NCBI GenBank assembly: GCA_905235445.1
Contig: CAJOLJ010000018.1
Coordinates: forward strand, 9,696-73,695
Reading direction: 5' to 3'
Length of the DNA stretch: 64,000 nt
Source of the DNA: an uncultured Bacteroidales bacterium
GTDB taxonomy: Bacteria; Bacteroidota; Bacteroidia; Bacteroidales; UBA932
This document shows positions 25,050 through 33,190 of this stretch, piece by piece; position 1 is the first letter of the stretch, and each line of letters opens with the position of its first letter. Position numbers and translations under genes: made by a program. Below the pieces are notes generated by a model. The model ran no database searches, was not told the origin of the DNA, and saw only the letters and a program-made list of their open reading frames with translations.

Positions 25050-27604
25050 TAGCGGTTATATTCCTTGAAAAGGTGTCTAATCGGGCTTATGAAAGGTGAA
25101 ATGCGCTTGGCGTAGTAAGTGCGTCTTACGGTGTACATCAGGAAGAGGCCTCGCCTTGCCCTTGAGAGGCCCACGTAAAAGACTCTCTTGTCCTCATCTC
25201 TCTGCTGGTCGGTCTTGCTGGAGAACCAGGGGTATGTCCCGTCCGTGCAGTCGAACATGATGACCCTGTCGAACTCCAGGCCCTTGGCCTTATGGACGGT
25301 CATGAGGTAAATCTTCTCCTTTATGACCCCGCTGTCGCACAGGTCTGCATTGCTGTAGGTCCTCAGCTGGCCCAGGTGACGCTCCACCTCCGTGAGCATA
25401 TGGTCCTCGGTTGCGGGATTCGTGAAAACCGAATTCCCGAGGAAGGAGCAGATGTACTCGAACCTGGGGATCTTTTCTATGAACTCCTGCGAGAGCATGT
25501 AGCTGTATGTGTGGATCATCTCATCCAGCATGCTGGTGCCTCCCTCGGATATGGCCCTGTCCGAAAGAAGGGCCTCCCTTGTCCTGCGGTACAGGGGCAG
25601 ATAGTTCTCCTCGATGGCCCTCGCGTTCTCCATGGCCTGGTAATTTTGCCTCAGCTCCCCCTGGAGCGGCAGTAGGGAGGCCGCTTTCCCGTAGATGTAG
25701 TCCACAAGGGACTTCGTGGCAAGGATGTCGTCATCCGCACGGTGGCTGTTTACGCCCTCGAGGCCCAGGGCCTCAAGGAGGCTTCGGAGCTTGTAGACTT
25801 TGAGGTGAGGCTCCACCAGTCGGATTAGCCTAAGTGAATCCAGCACTTCCCGTCCCTCAAGGTGGTATTCCCTCTTCAGTGCGGGGAACCTCCCCATATT
25901 ATTTTTAAGTATCCTTTCATCAAAATCCGAGTTGTGCCCAAGCAGGGGGTCCTCCCCTACATATTCCATGAACTGCCTCAGGCCTTCCTCCCTCTCTGTC
26001 AGGGGGCCTTCCGCATAGAGCTGGACCATGGGGTTCACTTCCGAGCCAAGGGTCTGCGGGATGGGACGCTCAGTCCTCAGGAGGAGGTTGAACTCACTTC
26101 CCGGGACAATCTCTCCTCCTCTGACCTTTATCGCCGCTATCTGGATGATGTCATCGTTGAAGACGTCAAGTCCCGTGGTCTCTGTGTCGAAGATGACCAG
26201 TTCCCCTTCACTGTATATCCTGGCGAACTTCCCGAGGAGGGTATCCTCCCCGTGTCGCACAGCCACGAGGTCCAGGGGGGTCATGGCCTTGGACCTCAGT
26301 TCAGCGCAGGCGGTCCTTCCATCCTTGTATGATTTGACTGCGCCCACACTCCACAGCAGCCTTGCCCACTCAAGGAAGTTTGTCTCCTTGTAGCATACGC
26401 CGAAGTGTGCGAGAAGGGCTTTGTAGGACTTGCCTTTGAAGACGTCCTCCCCGGACAGCTTGAAGTGCTCCAGGCCGCTTATGGACAGTATCGCCGAAAT
26501 GTCCTCGGCTATGCGGTTGGTCCTTACCAGGATGCCTACGCTTCCTTCCGGGTCGAGGTTGCGCAGTGTCTTCACCGCCCTGGCGATGCCGGTGGTCATC
26601 TTGTCATATTCCCCGTAGCAGTTTATGCTGAGGTCCCCCGGTGCCGCCTCCGCCTGGATGCTGGAGGTGGGAAGAAGGGAAGGGGGTATCCCCAGCTCTG
26701 ACTCCGCATACAGGTTCAGAAGGTCCAGCATGTAGCTTGGGCTGCGGTAGTTGGTGAAAAGGTGAAGGACATGGCCGCCGCATTTGGTCTCGAGGTTCCT
26801 CAGGCTCTCGACCTTGGCTCCCATGAAGGAGTAGATGGCCTGGCGCTCGTCACCGAGGTACAGTACCGAGAAACCCTCTGGTGCGGTCAGCTTGTCCACG
26901 AGTGCCATCTGGAGGGGACTGAGGTCCTGGACTTCGTCGACCTGTATCCAGTGATAGGAAGTCATGGAGTATTTCTCCCGGTAGGAGGGGTCCATCATGG
27001 CAGTGTATGAAAGGACGAGCAGGTCATTGAAGTCGATTATGTTGTGCTCTTCTTTGTAAGAAGAGTAGCGTCGGGCCATTGAGTCTGCCTCAGCGGTGGC
27101 CCACCTAGGGATGGGACGGCAGGGGAGGAGAAGTCCGGCGGGATGTCCGTTCGCCTTCTGGAAGAGAATGGCGGAGAGGTTGGAGATATCTTCTGCAGTG
27201 ACCTCCTCGAATTCCTTCGAGGCCCTCGTGTTCAGCTTCTTCAGCCCGAAATCATCCATGATGTCCTTCAGGTCATTTTCGTCGATGATGCCGGTATCGA
27301 GGCTGATGATCCTGTTGTCATACAGGAAAGAAGAGCAGAAACGGTGCAAGTTCCCGACGAAAAGTCCGTCGAGTCCTTCTGTCCCGTCCTCCTGCAGTCT
27401 CTCCCTCATGGCCCGGGCGGCCCTGTTCGTGAAAGTGAGGCAAATCATGTCCTCGGGCGGGATGCCTTGGGACTGCAGATGCGAGATCCTTTCTTTCAGG
27501 ATTTCGGTCTTCCCGCATCCGGGAGGGGCCAGGACCAGATGGCGACCCTCCCCGAGGTGGATGACTTCCATCTGATGGGTATCGAATGTCTTGGACATGT
27601 CCAT
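25049..27604 (-). CDS. UvrD/Rep-type SF1 helicase with an internal DEDDh (DnaQ-like) 3'-5' exonuclease domain
   Basis: Walker A APPGCGKT and DEVQD (Walker B/motif II). C-terminal helicase motifs TVHKAKGLEFD and YVGLSRAR. Between them lie exonuclease motifs FDTETTGL (Exo I), GHNSDFDERIL (Exo II) and HRADDD (Exo III, H-x4-D), at about 25690..26205. Confidence 0.85.
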   Translation of the reverse strand: MDMSKTFDTHQMEVIHLGEGRHLVLAPPGCGKTEILKERISHLQSQGIPPEDMICLTFTNRAARAMRERLQEDGTEGLDGLFVGNLHRFCSSFLYDNRIISLDTGIIDENDLKDIMDDFGLKKLNTRASKEFEEVTAEDISNLSAILFQKANGHPAGLLLPCRPIPRWATAEADSMARRYSSYKEEHNIIDFNDLLVLSYTAMMDPSYREKYSMTSYHWIQVDEVQDLSPLQMALVDKLTAPEGFSVLYLGDERQAIYSFMGAKVESLRNLETKCGGHVLHLFTNYRSPSYMLDLLNLYAESELGIPPSLLPTSSIQAEAAPGDLSINCYGEYDKMTTGIARAVKTLRNLDPEGSVGILVRTNRIAEDISAILSISGLEHFKLSGEDVFKGKSYKALLAHFGVCYKETNFLEWARLLWSVGAVKSYKDGRTACAELRSKAMTPLDLVAVRHGEDTLLGKFARIYSEGELVIFDTETTGLDVFNDDIIQIAAIKVRGGEIVPGSEFNLLLRTERPIPQTLGSEVNPMVQLYAEGPLTEREEGLRQFMEYVGEDPLLGHNSDFDERILKNNMGRFPALKREYHLEGREVLDSLRLIRLVEPHLKVYKLRSLLEALGLEGVNSHRADDDILATKSLVDYIYGKAASLLPLQGELRQNYQAMENARAIEENYLPLYRRTREALLSDRAISEGGTSMLDEMIHTYSYMLSQEFIEKIPRFEYICSFLGNSVFTNPATEDHMLTEVERHLGQLRTYSNADLCDSGVIKEKIYLMTVHKAKGLEFDRVIMFDCTDGTYPWFSSKTDQQRDEDKRVFYVGLSRARRGLFLMYTVRRTYYAKRISPFISPIRHLFKEYNR

Positions 27605-27684
27605 TGAATTTTGTAAAGGGGAACTTTATGTAAAGCTCCGGTTGTGAGGAAAATTGAACATCGGGCGGAAATGATGTCCGTTTA

Positions 27685-27692
27685 CAAAAGTA
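27685..27692 (-). promoter_or_regulatory. -7 promoter box (TACTTTTG on minus strand)
   Basis: TAnnTTTG match ~80 nt upstream of the helicase ATG at 27604. Confidence 0.4.
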
Positions 27693-27981
27693 CGAATTCA
27701 TCCGTCACTTGACAACAAAAATGGGCGATCGTTTTTCCCGAATTCAGCCACCGGACCCCATCCTGCGTCTGCCGGAAACCATCTTTTGAATAATTATGCT
27801 GTCTAGTGGATAATTATTCTTTATGGGAAGGTTCCTTGCTTTTTCCCCGCCATTTTCCCCTTCATCTATTTTAAATCCTTTTAAATGAGTAAAAAAGCAT
27901 GGTTTTATACTCCAGAAGGCATTTTACGGTGAAATTCCCAAAAAAATTCTTTAAAAAAGTTGTGTTAATAAATATTTTTCC

Positions 27982-27989
27982 TACCTTTG
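27982..27989 (+). promoter_or_regulatory. -7 promoter box (TACCTTTG) driving a non-coding transcript
   Basis: TAnnTTTG match with a TTG-containing element ~20 nt upstream. No ORF follows; a strong terminator lies ~70 nt downstream. Confidence 0.5.
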
Positions 27990-27996
27990 CAGTGCA

Positions 27997-28090
27997 ATAG
28001 AAGTAGTTTCATATTGGTTAGTTATTAGTCAGTAGTATTAAAAGTTAGTAGTGCAATAAGGGTCGCAGTGATGCGCTCCTTATTTTTTTT
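27997..28090 (+). ncRNA. Candidate small RNA (~95 nt), family unknown
   Basis: Bounded by the -7 box at 27982..27989 and the intrinsic terminator at 28056..28090. Apart from the 12 nt where it overlaps the end of the rejected 33-codon ORF (27899..28000), the body has no ORF of its own: its only ATG lies inside the terminator stem. It is AU-rich with reiterated GUAGU/UUAGU pentamers. Both flanking genes are on the opposite strand. Confidence 0.5.
28056..28090 (+). terminator. Intrinsic terminator
   Basis: ATAAGGGTCGCA-GTGA-TGCGCTCCTTAT forms a 12-position stem with one mismatch and one G-U pair, then a run of T residues (T at 28083..28090). Confidence 0.7.
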
Positions 28091-28376
28091 ACTCCCTTGA
28101 ATTTCAGGGTGGTTTACTCTCTTCCGAGGTAATGCCCCCGGCCCTGGGACTGGATGCCCTTCTTACAGATTTAAACTGAAATCCCTCAAGGGAAAAATAT
28201 GTCTTTAAAGTAGTTGAACGTTCTGATTAAGAGAATGATAAGCTCTTGCCATCCAAAATTCATAACTGCGGCGAAGGGTCTTTTCATCTAACAGTTTTCA
28301 GTGGCGTGGAAAATGTCCTTTTCCCGCCCTTCCGCCCCTGGAATTTTCCTGCCTTTCCCTTTGCCGTATAAGCAGT

Positions 28377-28410
28377 AATGGCCTACGGCGTGAGGGTGCC
28401 GAAGGCCATT
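28377..28410 (-). terminator. Hairpin downstream of the GH53 gene (terminator candidate)
   Basis: AATGGCCT-a-CGGC … GCCG-a-AGGCCATT gives 12 paired positions with an 8-nt loop, ~45 nt past the stop at 28456. No clear U-tract. Confidence 0.45.
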
Positions 28411-28455
28411 GGAAGAAGACCCGTAAAGGGTGCTGCCAAATTTCCTGCCGGAAGG

Positions 28456-30099
28456 CTAATCCTTGAAACAATCCAGGGCCGATGAAGGGGCGCCGCTACT
28501 TGTGAAGGCTCCCATGTCGTAGGCGTTCCAGCTTCCTCCGCCCTCAACGTACTTCGAGACATCGTTGTACACTTTCGGCTTCCAGCCTCCGTACACCTCG
28601 GGCTCCCAGTAGAAGATCCCCTTGCAGGCGGGGATTTTCCTTGCCTCCGACATGAAATAATCCATGCACTTCTTAGCCTCGGCGGTGTTGTCGACCATCT
28701 TGCTTCCGTCCCAGACTGAGAGTTTCACACCGATTTCGGAAATGATCACGGGAACCCCGAAGGCGGTACTGAGATTCTTTATCTGGGCAAGTGCCTTTTG
28801 GTTGATGTCATTATAGGAGTCGGAGCCGCTGGCCATGGGATAGTGAGAGAGGGCTATCATGTCGAACTTGAGTCCGAGGGCCTTCAGTTCGGAGAACCAC
28901 CATGCGTTGTCCTCGTAGGCATTGTTGAGGTGAGGCATAACGATGATGGAGGGGAAAACGGACTTGGCAGCATCGTAGCCGCTGTTGTATATCTTCACGA
29001 AGTTCTCCCGTCCTCCGTCGATGTTGCCTTTTGAGTTCCAGAAGCGGGCCACGTCCCAGAGCATTCCGTTCCGGGTCTCGTTCCCTATCTGCACCCAGAG
29101 GGGGGTGACCCCGGCATCCTTGATAGCGGCAAGAACATCCTTGGTGTGCTCGGAGACCTTGGCGCAGAGTCCGTCCGCGTCCAGCCCATTCCAGCTTTCG
29201 GGGACACGTTGCCTTCCTGGATCCGCGAAGAAATCGCTGTAGTGGAAGTCAATCATGACTTCGAGCCCTTCCTCTGCCGCCCTCCTGGCTTTCTGTACGA
29301 CGTCATCCTTGGAACACCACAGTTCGTCACCCTCGACAAAGACCCTGAGGCGGATGGCGTTCATCCCGATGGATGCGAGGAGTTTGAAAAGGTCCTGTTC
29401 CGCTCCGCCAGAGTCCCTGAACTTCACACCGTCCCTTTCCATCTCGGTGACCCAGCTTATGTCCGCTCCCTTGGCGAAGAGGGATGCGGGGGTTCCGCTG
29501 TCATTGACGGAGACAGTACAGGTTGCCTTCATGTTGTTAACCGTGGCAACTGTTATTGTGGCGGTGCCTGCAGAGAGTCCCTTCACGGTCCCCTCCGATA
29601 CTGTAGCCACCTTGGTGTCGGAAGAATGCCAGGTGAGGGTCTTGTCGGTGGCATCCGAAGGGGATACTTCCGCCTTGAGGGTCCTGCTTTCCCCGATGTC
29701 CAGGGTGAGGGAGGCCTCCTCCAGGGTCACCCCCGTGGGGAATACAGTAGCCTTTTTCACGGTTACGCTGCAAGTGGCATTCCTGCCACCGGCGGAGGCT
29801 GTTATGACGGAGGTGCCTTCGCTCACTCCCGTGACCGTACCTCCGCTTACCGTGGCAATGGCGGGAGCGGAACTGCTCCAGGTGATCCCGGCTGTGGAAG
29901 TGGCGGGATTTATAGTGGCACTCAGGGATGAACTCTGTCCTACCGTAAGTTCGAGGGTGGAAGGGCTTACACTCAGGGAGACCACTTCATTTTTCGTCTG
30001 GCCGCAGGAGCAGAGGGCCAGCGCCGCCCAAACCGCAATCGGGAAAAGAGCCATGGCGCCTACCCTTCGGTTTGAGTGCAGGGGGGAATGAAGGTGCAT
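28456..30099 (-). CDS. GH53 arabinogalactan endo-beta-1,4-galactanase with two N-terminal Big_2 Ig-like domains
   Basis: Two Big_2-like repeats (VSLSVSPSTLELTVGQSS…; VTLEEASLTLDIGESRT…) precede a GH53 core (GADISWVTEME, NAIRLRVF, DFHYSDFFADPG, VQIGNETRNGMLW). The start is taken at the first in-frame Met downstream of the -7 box (MHLHS…LALCSC); an alternative lies at 30054. Confidence 0.85.
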   Translation of the reverse strand: MHLHSPLHSNRRVGAMALFPIAVWAALALCSCGQTKNEVVSLSVSPSTLELTVGQSSSLSATINPATSTAGITWSSSAPAIATVSGGTVTGVSEGTSVITASAGGRNATCSVTVKKATVFPTGVTLEEASLTLDIGESRTLKAEVSPSDATDKTLTWHSSDTKVATVSEGTVKGLSAGTATITVATVNNMKATCTVSVNDSGTPASLFAKGADISWVTEMERDGVKFRDSGGAEQDLFKLLASIGMNAIRLRVFVEGDELWCSKDDVVQKARRAAEEGLEVMIDFHYSDFFADPGRQRVPESWNGLDADGLCAKVSEHTKDVLAAIKDAGVTPLWVQIGNETRNGMLWDVARFWNSKGNIDGGRENFVKIYNSGYDAAKSVFPSIIVMPHLNNAYEDNAWWFSELKALGLKFDMIALSHYPMASGSDSYNDINQKALAQIKNLSTAFGVPVIISEIGVKLSVWDGSKMVDNTAEAKKCMDYFMSEARKIPACKGIFYWEPEVYGGWKPKVYNDVSKYVEGGGSWNAYDMGAFTSSGAPSSALDCFKD

Positions 30100-30168
30100 G
30101 ATAGGTAATGTATGGTTGAATTTGGTTATTGGTTCCTTGTCATTGAATGGATAATCCCATTCACTGTG

Positions 30169-30176
30169 CAAAGATA
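30169..30176 (-). promoter_or_regulatory. -7 promoter box (TATCTTTG on minus strand)
   Basis: TAnnTTTG match overlapping the longest-ORF start (30171), so the real start must be further downstream. Confidence 0.5.
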
Positions 30177-30194
30177 GTCAAAAACCATTTCAGT

Positions 30195-31159
30195 TCAGTT
30201 CCGTGGGGAGGGGGGAGAGGGCTTGGGGAGGGAGGAAGGCGGCACCGCCACATTTTCGTTCCCCACGAAGTGCTGCGGAAGTCTTTTGAAAAGCCAGAAC
30301 CAGTCCTTCACCTCCGGACTGAGCCCGATCAGCCATGCGGTGAGGGGAGAGATGTCCAGGTCCTTGAGGGGGTCCCTCACCTGGAGCATTATCTCATAGG
30401 GATAGTTCTCTTTCGCAAACCTGTCGGCCTCCTCGCTGACCTGCCCTCCATAGAGGTCCCACGCTCCGTACAGGTGAAGTATCTCGTGGGCAATGGACTG
30501 GGGTGTGACGGGGCCCCATTCCTGCTCCTTGAAAATGTATGCGCTCTCAAGGAAATAATCCTCCATCCCGGAGAGGATATGCTTGACGGAAAACTGGAAG
30601 GAGGAATTCCTGCCCACCTTGTTTATGAGAGAGAGGACAAGCACGTTGTCCACACCGTCATAACCCATGAGCTGGTCGTAGCACTGCATTACGCCACCGC
30701 TGTAGCCTATCTTGCTCAGGGCCTGGGGGGTAAGGATCGGGAAGGAGGTACTCTCCTCGAGGGTCGAAGGCAACTCTTCCAGGGTGACGCCCCCTCCTGA
30801 ACCGTAGAGTAGCTGCCCTTTTCGAATGTCGCCTCGACTCCGTAGTATGCGGCAAGATCCGTAAGCCACTCCAGCGCCTCGTTTATCTTTCCCTGGACGA
30901 CCACCATCTCGTCCCAGTCCCACTGCGTTCCCACTTCGGTGAGCCAAAGTTCCAGCACATAAGTCTTGCCGCGGAGCCTCTTGGCGCTTCCCACGTTCCA
31001 TGCGTTCTCGTATTCAATCCCGATGTTCCAGTCCAGCAGGCCGGCTGTCACGACATCATCCCCATTTTCGAGGGGACGGTCTCCGTATGCCTGGGAAAAA
31101 ATGGGCACAGGGAAGGCCAGGGACAGAGGAAGGAGCAGTGCCGGGAGCCTTGTTTTCAT
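30195..31159 (-). pseudogene. Secreted HExxH (zinc-metallopeptidase-like) protein, disrupted by a single frameshift
   Basis: ORF 30716..31159 supplies the signal peptide MKTRLPALLLPLSLAFPVPIFSQA and the N-terminal half. ORF 30195..31001 supplies the C-terminal half including HEILHLYGAWDLY. The two frames join at a C5 run (30800..30804, G5 on the coding strand). Adding one G gives …YSTVQEGGVTLEELPSTLEE…. Confidence 0.7.
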
Positions 31160-31188
31160 GATTGGGGAAAGGTGAAATACGGGAAAAT

Positions 31189-31227
31189 GGAAGAAAAAGG
31201 AATCCTGCCTCCGGGATGGAGGCAGGA
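31189..31227 (-). terminator. Intrinsic terminator of pckA
   Basis: A perfect 10-bp stem (TCCTGCCTCC / GGAGGCAGGA) with a 5-nt loop, followed on the minus strand by UUCCUUUUUCUUCC. About 30 nt past the pckA stop. Confidence 0.75.
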
Positions 31228-31257
31228 ATGTGCTTAATCCACAGAAAGGATTTATGA

Positions 31258-32874
31258 TTAGAGCTTAGGACCGGCGGCGACAAGAGCCTTTCCGGCCTCG
31301 TTGGACTCGTACTTGTGGAAGTTCTTGATGAACCTGCCGGCGAGATCCTTTGCTTTCTCCTCCCAGATGGCGGGATCAGCGTAGGTGTCGCGAGGATCGA
31401 GGATACCGGTGTCCACTCCCTTCAGCACTGTGGGGACACAGAAGTTGAAGTAAGGGATGGTCTTGGTGGGAGCTGCGTCGATGGAGTGGTCAAGGATGGC
31501 ATCGATGATACCGCGGGTGTCGCGGATGGAGATGCGCTTGCCTGTTCCGTTCCATCCGGTGTTCACGAGGTAAGCCTTTGCACCGCTCTTTTCCATCTTC
31601 TTCACCAGCTCCTCTGCATACTTGGTGGGATGCAGCTCGAGGAATGCCTGGCCGAAGCAAGCGGAGAAGGTGGGAGTGGGCTCGGTAATGCCCCTCTCGG
31701 TTCCTGCGAGCTTGGCGGTGAAGCCGGACAGGAAGTAGTACTTGGTCTGCTCGGAGGTGAGGATAGAAACGGGAGGAAGGACACCGAATGCGTCAGCGGA
31801 CAGGAAGATGACCTGCTTTGCTGCGGGGCCATGGCTGTCGGGACGGACGATGTTGTTGATGTGATAGATAGGATAGGATACCCTGGTGTTCTCGGTGACG
31901 GACTTGTCATTGAAGTCGATGACTCCGTTCTCGTCCACGGTCACGTTCTCCAGCAGAGCGTCACGACGGATGGCGTTGTAGATGTCAGGCTCGCTTTCCT
32001 TGTCGAGCTTGATGACCTTGGCATAGCAGCCGCCCTCGAAATTGAAGACTCCCTCGTCATCCCAGCCGTGCTCGTCGTCTCCGATGAGAAGACGCTTGGG
32101 GTCGGTGGAAAGGGTGGTCTTGCCGGTTCCGGAAAGACCGAAGAAGATGGCGGTGTTTTCCCCGTTCATGTCGGTGTTGGCGGAGCAGTGCATTGCTGCG
32201 ATGCCCTTCAGGGGAAGGTAGTAGTTCATCATGGAGAACAGGCCTTTCTTCATCTCACCGCCATACCAGGTGTTGAGGATTACCTGTTCCTTGGAAGTGA
32301 CGTTGAAAGCGATGCAGGTCTCGGAACGGATACCCAGCTCCTTGTAGTTCTCGACCTTTGCCTTGGCTGCGCAGTACACTACGAAGTCGGGCTCCTGGTC
32401 GAACTCTTCCTGGTTCTTGGGGCGGATGAACATGTTGGTCACGAAGTGTGCCTGCCATGCAACCTCCATGATGAAGCGGACTTTCATGCGGGTGTCTTTG
32501 TGGGTGCCGCAGAAACCGTCCACTACGAACAGCCTCTTGCCGGAGAGCTGGTCCTTGGCGAGTTTCTTGACGACTTCCCAGGTCTCGACGCTCATCTTGT
32601 GGTTGTCATTGGGATAACCCTCGGTGGTCCACCAGATTTCTCCGGGAGCACCTTCCTTGCTTGTCTCGTCGTAGACGATGTATTTGTCCTTGGGGGAACG
32701 ACCGGTGTAGATTCCAGTCATCACGTTGATGGCTCCCAGTTCGGTTACCTGGCCTTTGTCAAAGCCCTCGAGACCGGGTTTGGTCTCCTCGTTGTAGAGG
32801 ACTTCGTAGGTGGGGTTGTACAGGACTTCCTTCACATCGGTGATGCCGTACTTGCTGAGATCGAATTTTGGCAT
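31258..32874 (-). CDS. pckA: Phosphoenolpyruvate carboxykinase (ATP)
   Basis: 538 aa. N-terminus [30 protein letters not shown], kinase-1a [11 protein letters not shown], and IGDDEHGW. Confidence 0.95.
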   Translation of the reverse strand: MPKFDLSKYGITDVKEVLYNPTYEVLYNEETKPGLEGFDKGQVTELGAINVMTGIYTGRSPKDKYIVYDETSKEGAPGEIWWTTEGYPNDNHKMSVETWEVVKKLAKDQLSGKRLFVVDGFCGTHKDTRMKVRFIMEVAWQAHFVTNMFIRPKNQEEFDQEPDFVVYCAAKAKVENYKELGIRSETCIAFNVTSKEQVILNTWYGGEMKKGLFSMMNYYLPLKGIAAMHCSANTDMNGENTAIFFGLSGTGKTTLSTDPKRLLIGDDEHGWDDEGVFNFEGGCYAKVIKLDKESEPDIYNAIRRDALLENVTVDENGVIDFNDKSVTENTRVSYPIYHINNIVRPDSHGPAAKQVIFLSADAFGVLPPVSILTSEQTKYYFLSGFTAKLAGTERGITEPTPTFSACFGQAFLELHPTKYAEELVKKMEKSGAKAYLVNTGWNGTGKRISIRDTRGIIDAILDHSIDAAPTKTIPYFNFCVPTVLKGVDTGILDPRDTYADPAIWEEKAKDLAGRFIKNFHKYESNEAGKALVAAGPKL

Positions 32875-32979
32875 GGTGTGTTGTTTGTGTATGGTGTTAA
32901 ACTATTTTATTTGAGCAGTCTGCCGTTTTTCCGTTCCCGAATTTTCCCCAGGGGGGAAACCGGTCCCGGTTCAATCATG

Positions 32980-32987
32980 CAAAGATA
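32980..32987 (-). promoter_or_regulatory. -7 promoter box (TATCTTTG on minus strand)
   Basis: TAnnTTTG match ~105 nt upstream of the pckA ATG. Confidence 0.45.
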
Positions 32988-33190
32988 GCAATTTCCCGCT
33001 ATCTTCCGACCCATTCCATCTGCAATTTCTTTGCCATAGGTCACTTGTTTCGCTTCATCATGCAGGAAAAAACAACCTCAATCGTTTTATCCATTGCGCT
33101 TTTCCCGCTTCGCCCGGGCAGGTGTAATGAAAGAGGGGGAGTTTAGGTTTTTTTCCCTACCTTTACAACCGTAACCCACCTTTTCTGAAA

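Noticed and set aside
27899-28000. 33-codon ORF (MVLYSRRHFTVKFPKKFFKKVVLINIFPTFAVQ) just upstream of the sRNA candidate
   Set aside because: It runs through the predicted promoter of the sRNA, has no promoter box of its own, and its composition simply reflects the AT-rich tract. There is no support for translation.
31315-32988. 557-aa plus-strand ORF covering the whole pckA region
   Set aside because: It is the antisense shadow of pckA, whose identity is unambiguous. The translation is low-complexity (G/V/D/L-rich) with no motifs. Long antisense ORFs are expected in high-GC coding DNA.
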